A stretch of 64,000 bases of DNA from Treponemataceae bacterium. GTDB lineage: Bacteria; Spirochaetota; Spirochaetia; Treponematales; Treponemataceae. Positions within the stretch are counted from its first letter, which is position 1, and every line of letters begins with the position of its first letter. Under the pieces are notes generated by a model. The model saw nothing but the letters and a program-made list of their open reading frames with translations, was not told where the DNA came from and ran no database searches. The DNA lies in the NCBI GenBank assembly GCA_045645985.1, contig JAZRJV010000037.1:11395-75394 (forward strand), read 5' to 3'. A program made the translations under genes and the position numbers. Below are positions 26,688 through 34,881 of this stretch, piece by piece.

Positions 26688-27926
26688 ATGCCTTATTCCG
26701 AACCAGCAAATCTTGGTATTGTAGCATGTCCAGGAGGACAAGCATTTGCACAAGAAGTTATTGTACATTTAAGACACATGTACAAACATCGTTTTAATCT
26801 TAAACGCGATGTTATTTCAAAGCGTTATAATGTTGAAAAAGAAGAATTGGTAAAAGAAATCAATTTTTACAATGATTTACAAACATCAGATTTGTGCGTT
26901 AAAGGAAATGTATCAAATTATCGTCCACCAGAATTTTTAGTTGATGCTGAATTTACATATTTTATGAATGGTGAATTCAAAACAGAAATTAAAGACTGTA
27001 TCCGTGGAAAAGATATTTTTATCTTCCAAGATGTAGAAAATCATCAAGTTATTTCACTTAACGGTGGAAAAAACAAGATGGCTTTATCAGTTAATGACCA
27101 CTTAATGTCTCTTATCGTAACTATCGATGCAGTTCGTCAAGCTGGAGCAAGTGGAATCACTTTGGTTCTTCCTGTTTATCCTTACAGCCGTCAGCACAAG
27201 AAAAAAGGTCGAGAAGGCTTAACTGCAAGTTTACTTGGTCACATTTACGAAAACATGGGTGTAAAACGAATTATCACCCTTGATATTCACTCACGAGAAA
27301 TTGAAAACGCTTTTGGAAAAGCAAATATCGAAAACTTACACGCAAGTTACCAAATCATCAGAGAACTTTCAAATCTTTTCGACTTATCACCAAATGGCGA
27401 CGATTTAGTTATCGTTTCTCCTGATACAGGTGCCGTTGATAGAAATAAATTTTACGCAACTGGCTTGAAAAAACCGCTTGCGATGATTTACAAAGAAAGA
27501 GATTATTCTGTAGTTACACAAAACGCAAAAGATACAAACATCAAATCAGTAAAAATCTTGGGTGATGTAAAAGGCAAAGTTGCTTTCCTTGCAGACGATA
27601 TGCTTGGAACTGGTGGAACTTTGTTAAAAGCTATGGAATTCTTGAAAGAACAAGGCGCAACAAAAGTTATCGCCGCAATCAGTTTGCCATTCTTTACAGG
27701 AAACGCTATCGAGCAATTTAACGCCGCTTACGAAAAAGGTCTTTTCTACCGCGTAATCGGAACAAACGCTGTTTATCACGAAGAACTTTTGAAATGTGAA
27801 TGGTACATCAATACAAATGTTAGTGGACTTTTTGCAAATGTAATTGCAAGACTTCACCACAACCAATCACTTAGCGACCTTCTTGACAACAGAAATATTA
27901 TCGAAAAGTTGGTTAAACACGAATAA
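26688..27926 (+). CDS. prs: ribose-phosphate diphosphokinase (long form with N-terminal insertion)
   Basis: 412 aa. PVYPYSRQHKKKGREGLTA (cf. YARQDRK), DIHSREIENAF, VSPDTGAVDR, and the ADDMLGTGGTL PRPP-binding loop. Confidence 0.85.
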   Translation: MPYSEPANLGIVACPGGQAFAQEVIVHLRHMYKHRFNLKRDVISKRYNVEKEELVKEINFYNDLQTSDLCVKGNVSNYRPPEFLVDAEFTYFMNGEFKTEIKDCIRGKDIFIFQDVENHQVISLNGGKNKMALSVNDHLMSLIVTIDAVRQAGASGITLVLPVYPYSRQHKKKGREGLTASLLGHIYENMGVKRIITLDIHSREIENAFGKANIENLHASYQIIRELSNLFDLSPNGDDLVIVSPDTGAVDRNKFYATGLKKPLAMIYKERDYSVVTQNAKDTNIKSVKILGDVKGKVAFLADDMLGTGGTLLKAMEFLKEQGATKVIAAISLPFFTGNAIEQFNAAYEKGLFYRVIGTNAVYHEELLKCEWYINTNVSGLFANVIARLHHNQSLSDLLDNRNIIEKLVKHE

Positions 27927-27928
27927 AA

Positions 27929-29194
27929 ATGCAAAAAGAACAATCCAAAGCATCTTTTTGTATCGATATTGGAACAACCTCATTAAAAGCCGCACTCATT
28001 AGTGAGTGTGGTTTTGTTTTTTCATCAACGGTTATTCGCTTTTCTCAACAATCAATCGAAAATCCTTTTGAAATTACAAATTGTTGGATAAATGCACTTT
28101 TTCAAGCAGGAAAAAATCTTCAAATTGAAAACTATAAAATCGTAGCATTTTGTATTTCAGGAAACGGGCCAACTCTCACTTGTGTAAACGAAGAAAAAAC
28201 TTTCACTCTTTTGTGGAACAAATCTATTCCAAATGACAAACAAGATAAAATCGATGAATTTTCTAAAATTGTCAAAAACACAAAATCAATTTTTATTCCA
28301 AGACTTTTATTCTTAAAAAATTTTTATTCTGAAATTTGGCAAAATTCAAAAGCAATTTTATCAGGACCAGAATTTTTAATTTATTTTTTAACAGACAAAA
28401 AATTAACAATTTTGCCCGAAAATCGATTTATTCAAGCATATTGGACAAAAGAAGATTTATCAAATTTTGAAATTTCTTCAAATTTATTGCCAGCTTTTGT
28501 TCAACTTGGAGAAAAAGCAGGTTTTGTAAAAACTGAAATTCTTGCAACTTTGGGCATAAATTCAACTGAAAAAATCCCAGTTTTTTGTGGCGGTCCAGAT
28601 TTTGTAACAGCTTTAATCGGAACAAATACTCTTTCAGTTGGAAAAATTTGCGACCGCTCTGGCTCCAGCGAAGGAATCAATCTTTGTTCAGATAAACCAA
28701 TTCAAAAAGATGAATTTAGAAATCTTCCATCTGTAATTCCAGAATTATTCAATGTAAGTTACTTGCTTTCAGACACGGGAACTCGATTTACACAATGGAA
28801 AAATTCTTCGGAATGGAAAAACGAATCTTACGAAAACTGCATAAATTATCTTCTTAAAAACCAGCAAACTGAAGGCTACAAAATCATTTTGGAAATTGCA
28901 AATCAAGTGAAAATTGCTTTTTCAAAAATTCTTGAAGAACAAAAAAAACTTTTGCCACAAAACTCAAAAAACATTCCAAAAATAATTTGTACTGGCGGAC
29001 AAGCAAAAAATCCATCTTGGATGCAATTTAAAAGTGATGTTACAAATGTTGAATTGTGGGTTACAAACTGCCCAGATGCAGAACTTATGGGAAACGCAAT
29101 TATCGCAAACACTCAACTAAAAAACTATTCTTCAATAAAAGAAGCATCCGACACAATGGTTGTTTGCGAAAAAAAATATTTACCCCAAAACTAA
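27929..29194 (+). CDS. FGGY-family carbohydrate kinase-like protein
   Basis: 421 aa. FCIDIGTTSLKAALI N-terminal ATPase motif. C-terminal CTGGQAKNPSWMQFKSDVTNVELWV. Confidence 0.7.
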   Translation: MQKEQSKASFCIDIGTTSLKAALISECGFVFSSTVIRFSQQSIENPFEITNCWINALFQAGKNLQIENYKIVAFCISGNGPTLTCVNEEKTFTLLWNKSIPNDKQDKIDEFSKIVKNTKSIFIPRLLFLKNFYSEIWQNSKAILSGPEFLIYFLTDKKLTILPENRFIQAYWTKEDLSNFEISSNLLPAFVQLGEKAGFVKTEILATLGINSTEKIPVFCGGPDFVTALIGTNTLSVGKICDRSGSSEGINLCSDKPIQKDEFRNLPSVIPELFNVSYLLSDTGTRFTQWKNSSEWKNESYENCINYLLKNQQTEGYKIILEIANQVKIAFSKILEEQKKLLPQNSKNIPKIICTGGQAKNPSWMQFKSDVTNVELWVTNCPDAELMGNAIIANTQLKNYSSIKEASDTMVVCEKKYLPQN

Positions 29195-29215
29195 TTTTTG
29201 TGATATAATAATATT

Positions 29216-30061
29216 ATGAAGATAGAAAATCTTAACAAAACACTTAGTTTAGAAAATGATGGCGGATTATCATTTTTCTTTGTTGGAGTTGGAAGCGCTT
29301 TTGCAAAAACTCATTTTCAAAATAATATTCTTGTAATAAAAGGTTCCGATCATCTTTTAATCGATTGTGGAACTTTATGTCCTTACGCACTTTGGAATTA
29401 TGGCGTAAGCAGTTCTAGTATAAAAAATCTTTTAATAACACATTCTCACGCCGACCACATTGGAGGTTTGGAAGAAATTGCCCTAATGGGACGATATATT
29501 TCTAAGACAAAAGCTTCAGTGGTAATTGATGATGAATACAAAGAAATTCTTTGGGAACAATCACTTAAAGGTGGAAATGCTTACAGCGAATACAAAGACG
29601 GAAAATACCTTGGCTTTGATGATTATTTTTATCAAATAAAGCCAACTTTGATAAGCAAAAAATCTAGACCAATTTATCAAGCAAAAGTTGGTTCTATTGA
29701 TGTTAAGATTTTCAGAACAATGCACATTCCAGAAACAGCAAAATCTTGGAAAGAGTCATTTTATTCCATTGGAGTTTTAATCGACGATAGAATTTTATTC
29801 CCAAGTGATACAAGATTTGATCCAGAATTGATAACTTCAATGCTAAAAGAATATCCAACCATAGAGTGCATCTTTCACGATTGTCAATTTTTCCCAGGTG
29901 GAGTTCACGCATATTATCATGATTTGAAAACTCTTCCAGAGGAAATTCGCAGCAAAATGTATTTGTGCCACTACGGAGATAATTTTGCCCAAGAAAATCC
30001 AGAAAGCGACGGATTTGCAGGTTACGCACAACAAGGAGTTTATTACAATTTTGATGAATAA
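29216..30061 (+). CDS. MBL-fold metallo-hydrolase
   Basis: 281 aa with the LITHSHADHIGG motif. Confidence 0.8.
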   Translation: MKIENLNKTLSLENDGGLSFFFVGVGSAFAKTHFQNNILVIKGSDHLLIDCGTLCPYALWNYGVSSSSIKNLLITHSHADHIGGLEEIALMGRYISKTKASVVIDDEYKEILWEQSLKGGNAYSEYKDGKYLGFDDYFYQIKPTLISKKSRPIYQAKVGSIDVKIFRTMHIPETAKSWKESFYSIGVLIDDRILFPSDTRFDPELITSMLKEYPTIECIFHDCQFFPGGVHAYYHDLKTLPEEIRSKMYLCHYGDNFAQENPESDGFAGYAQQGVYYNFDE

Positions 30062-30821
30062 TTCAGACCTTTTTGACAGAACACAATTTAAACAGCAAGC
30101 AAAACTCAGATTAAGAAAATCTTGGACGCTACCAGTTCTTATTACATTGATTTTTTATGCAATCTTTTTCTTTATCAATAAAGATTCTTTTCAGTTTGAT
30201 TTACCAAATTTTTTGAGCATAGAAAATTTTTCATATTCGTACAACTACAACATTGCACCAAAAGACGAAGCATTACCGCTTTCAGGAACAACTGCAATTA
30301 TAAATCAAATTTTAATAGGAATTTTTAACATCGCATTCGTAAAATTTTACCTTGACATGCGAAACAAAAATCCGATGGAATTTCAAGATTTTATAAACAG
30401 TTTAACTTTATGGCTAAAAGGAATTTTAAGTCATCTTTGGTTTTTGTTATGGATAATTCTGTGGTCTTTACTTTTTTTCTTTCCTGGACTTGTAAAAGCA
30501 TTTGCTTATTCACAGATGAATTATATCCTTGCAGATTTTCCAGATGTTTCAATTCCAGATGCGATGAAAATTAGTATGAAAATCACAAAGGGCTACAAGT
30601 GGGATTTATTTATGATGTATCTAAGTTTCTTAGGTTGGATGATTTTATCTTCACTTTCTTTTGGAATTGGATTTTTATGGTTAAAACCTTACATGGATTT
30701 ATCATTTGCTAACGCATATAAATTTTTGCTAGGAAATGCTTTAAACAAAAATAGAATTACAATGGAAGATTTATATCCTCTACAAAATAATGAAAACAAG
30801 GAAACACAAGATGGAGAATAA
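30054..30821 (+). CDS. DUF975-family integral membrane protein
   Basis: I prefer the ATG at 30054 (8-nt overlap with the MBL stop) over the track start at 29985. MNNSDLFDRTQFKQQAKLRLRKSW followed by multiple TM segments, typical DUF975 layout. Confidence 0.65.
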   Translation: MNNSDLFDRTQFKQQAKLRLRKSWTLPVLITLIFYAIFFFINKDSFQFDLPNFLSIENFSYSYNYNIAPKDEALPLSGTTAIINQILIGIFNIAFVKFYLDMRNKNPMEFQDFINSLTLWLKGILSHLWFLLWIILWSLLFFFPGLVKAFAYSQMNYILADFPDVSIPDAMKISMKITKGYKWDLFMMYLSFLGWMILSSLSFGIGFLWLKPYMDLSFANAYKFLLGNALNKNRITMEDLYPLQNNENKETQDGE

Positions 30822-31836
30822 CGAAACAGAAACATTAAAACAAGAACCTCAAAACAAAGTTAAGTTGCCACCTAAAAAAAAGAAAACTAAAAAGAACAAA
30901 AATAATAAAGGCTTGGTAGTTTTTATAATCATTTTAATTGTAGCTGTTGGATTTGGAATATTCAAAGATACACTTTTTAATAAACTTTCAACAAATGTTT
31001 CGTTCAAAAACGAGAATAAATATATTGCAGAATTATACATCGAAGGAACAATCCAGCCTGAAAACGAAAGTTATAATCAAACTTGGTTGCTAGAAACCAT
31101 AGACGAACTTCAAAAGGATACAAACAATGTAGGCACAATTCTTTTTATCAATTCACCAGGCGGAAGTGTTTACGAATCAGATGAAGTTTATCTTGCCTTA
31201 AAAAAATACAACGAAACAAAAACACTTTGGGCTTATTTAGGCTCAGTTGCAGCTTCTGGTGGATATTATATTGCCTGTTCTGCAGAAAATATTATTGCAA
31301 ATCGCAACACTCTTACAGGTTCTATAGGTGTTATTGCAGGACAATCCGTTGATTTAAGTGAATTTATGACAAAACATGGCATAAAAATGACAACTTTTAC
31401 AGCAGGCAAAAATAAAAACATGTTAAATATTGACCAGCCAGTTACACCTGAACAAAAAGAAATCATGCAATCAGTTGCCGATGAATGTTACGAACAGTTT
31501 ACTCAAATTGTTGCCGACGGAAGAAAATTACCAATCGAAACAGTAAAAACATTAGCTGACGGAAGAATTTACACTGCAAATCAAGCATTGAACAATAAAT
31601 TAGTTGACGACATTCTTTCTTACGAAGAAGCAAAATCTCAAATGAAAGAATATTTTTCTGAAATAGAAAATCTAAGCTTTACAGAATATAAATATCTAAA
31701 AGAAAAGAATTTTTACAACTATCTTTTTGATATGTACTCAAAAGCAAAAGGAACAAAATCAGAAACAGACCTTTTAGAAAGAATAATATTAGAATATTCA
31801 CAAATGGATTATCCAGCTTATCTTTATATTAAATAA
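30811..31836 (+). CDS. sppA: signal peptide peptidase SppA (36K type)
   Basis: INSPGGSVYESDE, SVAASGGYYIA (catalytic Ser region), and a K-rich N-terminus plus TM. Start is either the ATG at 30790 or 30811; I chose 30811 (MENNETE). Confidence 0.8.
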   Translation: MENNETETLKQEPQNKVKLPPKKKKTKKNKNNKGLVVFIIILIVAVGFGIFKDTLFNKLSTNVSFKNENKYIAELYIEGTIQPENESYNQTWLLETIDELQKDTNNVGTILFINSPGGSVYESDEVYLALKKYNETKTLWAYLGSVAASGGYYIACSAENIIANRNTLTGSIGVIAGQSVDLSEFMTKHGIKMTTFTAGKNKNMLNIDQPVTPEQKEIMQSVADECYEQFTQIVADGRKLPIETVKTLADGRIYTANQALNNKLVDDILSYEEAKSQMKEYFSEIENLSFTEYKYLKEKNFYNYLFDMYSKAKGTKSETDLLERIILEYSQMDYPAYLYIK

Positions 31837-31856
31837 ATTTTAAATAAGTTTAAAAT

Positions 31857-31910
31857 AAAAGAGCCTTCTAAAATTGAAAACTTTTCAACTTTAGAAGGCT
31901 CTTTTATTTT
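31857..31910. terminator. strong bidirectional intrinsic terminator
   Basis: Near-perfect 24-bp palindrome aaaagagccttctaaaattgaaaa c ttttcaactttagaaggctctttt (31857-31905) with one mismatch, flanked by T-runs. Confidence 0.85.
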
Positions 31911-31917
31911 AGAAATT

Positions 31918-32526
31918 TTATAAAGATTCGATAATTTTCTTTACAGAATCAGCAATTTCAACAAGATTAAGAGGTTTTACAAAATAATGTAAAGCTCCCA
32001 TCGCCTTAAACTTTTCTACAATCGAATCTTCCTTTGAAGCAGTCATAACACAAACAATCGGATTTCCATAATCATCAGAAGCATTTATTTTTTTGTACAA
32101 ATCCTCACCATTAACACCAGGCAAATCCAAGTCCAACAAAATAATATTTGGCTTCTTTTCACCAATAATCGTACCCGCTTCAAATCCATCAAATGCTTGA
32201 TAGATAGATGAATTAGGAAATTCTCTTTCAAGATACTTAGTAACAACTTGATTTAAGCCTTTATCATCATCAACAACTAAAATAGAAGCAGAAAGAGGTT
32301 TATTTTGCTGATATGCATCCAAAACTTCAGCAGGAATTTTCATATTTCGTTCTTTCATAAAATCTACTAAATCATCAAGATAAATTCTATATTGACCACC
32401 AGGTGTAGAAAAAGCTTTTAGATAACCATTTCTAATCCAATTTATAGCAGTTTGATTAACAACTCCACATATATTAGCAACTTCAAGTGCAGAATAAACT
32501 AAAGTTTTATTTGAATCTTTATTCAT
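31918..32526 (-). CDS. response regulator with N-terminal excisionase/MerR-type HTH and C-terminal receiver domain
   Basis: Track start is TTG (32562). ATG at 32526 follows GGGAGA. LEVANICGVVNQTAINWIRNGYLKAF...GGQYRI HTH. Receiver domain: ILVVDDD, LLDLDLPG, MTAS, FVKPL. Confidence 0.8.
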   Translation of the reverse strand: MNKDSNKTLVYSALEVANICGVVNQTAINWIRNGYLKAFSTPGGQYRIYLDDLVDFMKERNMKIPAEVLDAYQQNKPLSASILVVDDDKGLNQVVTKYLEREFPNSSIYQAFDGFEAGTIIGEKKPNIILLDLDLPGVNGEDLYKKINASDDYGNPIVCVMTASKEDSIVEKFKAMGALHYFVKPLNLVEIADSVKKIIESL

Positions 32527-32606
32527 ATTTCTCCCTAAACAATTATACTTATAGTATAACAACTAAAATTATTTATTTCAAACAAAAAATGCTTATTTTT
32601 GATATT

Positions 32607-33278
32607 TTAGATATCTATATAATTTTTTCGATATTCTCTTATCATTGATAACGAAAATCCCAATGAAATTAACTTTTTATCAATTTTTTCTTGAGGTAAA
32701 TTTTGTCTCAAACATTTAGAATAGGCTTTTTCCAACATTCCAAATTCTGAAAACTCATCATAAAACTCGGATAAAGCATCTTGAGCAATATCTTTTGCAA
32801 CTCCACGACTTAACAAATGCTGAAAAAGTTTTATCTTTCCTTCTGATTTAGAAATTCGTCGATTTCTTAACCATGAAATTGCATATCGATAATCTGACAG
32901 ATAATTCTTGCTTTCTAGATAATTCAAAGCAACATTTATAAAATCTTGCTTATGACCTTTTTTTTGTAATTTTTGCGATAGTAAAAATCTACTATGTTCA
33001 CTACGATTTAAATAATTCAAAGCATCTCGTTCGGCTAAAAATGCAAAACCTGCAAAAATCAATTCTTCAGACTCTTCTTCGTTAAATTTTTGATTCGAAA
33101 TCAACCTAGAAGGATTTATTGTAGTTAAATAAACTGTGCGTATAAAAAAAGAAGGTCCCTTAGAAGGCAATATTTTAATACAACCTTCAGAGACCTCTTC
33201 CACAGAATCGATAATTATACACAGAGTTTCAGACTGCAATGAGTTATCTTGCAAACTATTAACTTCTGAACTCTGCAT
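32607..33278 (-). CDS. recX: RecX-family regulatory protein
   Basis: 223 aa. C-terminal two-thirds shows RecX-like helical repeats (ALNYLNRSEHSRFLLSQKLQKKGH...ALNYLESKNYLSDYRYA...). Family call by pattern, moderate confidence. Confidence 0.6.
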   Translation of the reverse strand: MQSSEVNSLQDNSLQSETLCIIIDSVEEVSEGCIKILPSKGPSFFIRTVYLTTINPSRLISNQKFNEEESEELIFAGFAFLAERDALNYLNRSEHSRFLLSQKLQKKGHKQDFINVALNYLESKNYLSDYRYAISWLRNRRISKSEGKIKLFQHLLSRGVAKDIAQDALSEFYDEFSEFGMLEKAYSKCLRQNLPQEKIDKKLISLGFSLSMIREYRKNYIDI

Positions 33279-33290
33279 AAAAATATAGAT

Positions 33291-33683
33291 TTAGCGTTTA
33301 CTGAACTGGAATCTTCTACGAGCACCGCGTTGACCGTATTTTTTGCGTTCAACCATACGAGGATCACGAGTAAGATATCCGTTAGCTTTCAATGATGCGT
33401 AATTTGCTTGATCAACTTGTGTTAATGCTCTAGCAATTCCGTGTAAACAAGCACCAGCTTGTCCGTTAAGACCACCACCTACAACATTGATAAGCAAGTC
33501 ATATTTATTTTCTGAAGATGTTACCATCAATGGTTGGCGAACAACTTGAACTTGTTCTGCTGTAGCAAAATAATCTGCAACATCTTTTCCGTTAACAACG
33601 ATTTTTCCAGACCCATCTCTCACGAAAACGCGAGCTGTTGCTGTCTTTCTTCTTCCTGTTCCAATAGCAATATTTTTTACCAC
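33291..33683 (-). CDS. rpsI: 30S ribosomal protein S9
   Basis: 130 aa, ends ...GARRRFQFSKR. GTGRRKTATARV. GTG start 6 nt after AGGAG. Confidence 0.95.
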   Translation of the reverse strand: MVKNIAIGTGRRKTATARVFVRDGSGKIVVNGKDVADYFATAEQVQVVRQPLMVTSSENKYDLLINVVGGGLNGQAGACLHGIARALTQVDQANYASLKANGYLTRDPRMVERKKYGQRGARRRFQFSKR

Positions 33684-33696
33684 GATAGACTCCTAA

Positions 33697-34119
33697 TTAC
33701 ACTTCCAAAGACTGTGGGTTTTGTGCTGCGTGAGTATGTTCTGCACCAGCAAAAACTTTCAAGTTTGATAATAATTTACGACCTAAAGGTCCTTTAGGAA
33801 GCATACCTTTTACAGCCAACATTATAGGATCTTCTGGGTGTCTTTCAATTTTCTTTTCAAATGTAAAAGATTTCAAACCACCAACATAACCTGTGTGATG
33901 ATAGTACATTTTATCAGTTTTTTTAGAACCTGTTACAGCAACTTTTGCTGCATTGATAACAACTACATAATCACCCATTTCTTCGTTAGGTGTGAAAGTT
34001 GCCTTATTTTTTCCGCGTAAAACAGCTGCGGCTTTAGCTGCAACGCGTCCGAGCGGTTTGTTTTCCGCATCGATAACATACCAGTTTCTTGTCTGGTTTT
34101 TTACATAAATAGTTTTCAT
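33697..34119 (-). CDS. rplM: 50S ribosomal protein L13
   Basis: 140 aa. [25 protein letters not shown]..., [21 protein letters not shown]. Confidence 0.95.
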   Translation of the reverse strand: MKTIYVKNQTRNWYVIDAENKPLGRVAAKAAAVLRGKNKATFTPNEEMGDYVVVINAAKVAVTGSKKTDKMYYHHTGYVGGLKSFTFEKKIERHPEDPIMLAVKGMLPKGPLGRKLLSNLKVFAGAEHTHAAQNPQSLEV

Positions 34120-34341
34120 GTATATACCTTATAAATATTTTGTAAGAAGAAAAACATGAGCATCTTGCTTTTCTTCAAGCTGTACAAAGTGAGCAAACTT
34201 TATACAAACTTTAAGAAATCTTAACAGAATTTCTTAAACTGTAGACTGTGCCTTTTAGTCCTACAGAACTTATAATATACGGGATTAAATAATAATATTT
34301 TTTTAGGGTAAATGTCAAGTATCTACCCTATTTTCATAAGT

Positions 34342-34572
34342 CTATTTTTCTTCTTGTGCTTTTAATGCAGCTTCTTCTTCTTTTTTTGCTTCTTTTTTAT
34401 CTTTTATATCAGCAATACCGATAAAAATTGCAACTAAACCAACAAAACATGTAAGCACAGGTGCAAAACCTTTCAAAAATGCAATTATTTCAGCACCCCA
34501 TGCTAAACCATTTGGTAAACATGCAAAAACTGTAAATGCAATAAAAATCAATCCTAAAAGTAAAGAAATCAT
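34342..34572 (-). CDS. small membrane protein (two TM segments, K/E-rich tail)
   Basis: 76 aa. GGAGGA RBS. MISLLLGLIFIAFTVFA...VLTCFVGLVAIFIGIADI then KDKKEAKKEEEAALKAQEEK. Confidence 0.5.
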   Translation of the reverse strand: MISLLLGLIFIAFTVFACLPNGLAWGAEIIAFLKGFAPVLTCFVGLVAIFIGIADIKDKKEAKKEEEAALKAQEEK

Positions 34573-34664
34573 AAATTTCCTCCGTAATAACTAATTATAT
34601 TAAAAAAATTACTAATTTATTATATGCCAGATAAAGCAAGTATGCAACCAAAACTTAACTTTAT

Positions 34665-34881
34665 CTAGCAGCCACATTGTACGCTTCGCTATCAGTGTTA
34701 TACGCATTTTCAATGCGTTGTCTAGCGACCACAACATTGTACGCTTCGCTATAAAGTTGTACGCATTTTCAATGCGTTGTCTAGCGGCCACAACATTGTA
34801 CGCTTCGCTATCAAGTTGTACGCATTTTCAATGCGTTGCCTAGCGGCCGCAACATTGTACGCTTCGCTATCAGGTTGCGTC
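34665..34881. repeat. tandem array (about 3.7 copies, plus the secA 3' end as a partial fifth) of a 57-59-bp unit directly downstream of the secA stop
   Basis: Units start at 34665, 34722, 34781 and 34840 (the last truncated to 42 bp). Unit: ctagcggccacaacattgtacgcttcgctatcaagttgtacgcattttcaatgcgttgc. Each begins with a copy of the secA terminal sequence (ctagcggccgcaacactg at 34882). Units 1-3 each contain the hairpin acgcatt-ttc-aatgcgt; the truncated fourth unit lacks it. Confidence 0.9.

Noticed and set aside
29985-30053. Longer N-terminus for the DUF975 protein starting at 29985.
   Set aside because: It would overlap the last 77 nt of the MBL hydrolase gene. The ATG at 30054 gives the typical DUF975 N-terminus and a short coupled overlap.
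34665-34881. Possible CRISPR array, because of regularly spaced ~59-bp repeats containing a hairpin.
   Set aside because: The units are contiguous tandem copies with no unique spacers between them. There is no leader or cas gene nearby, and part of each unit is a copy of the secA 3' end.
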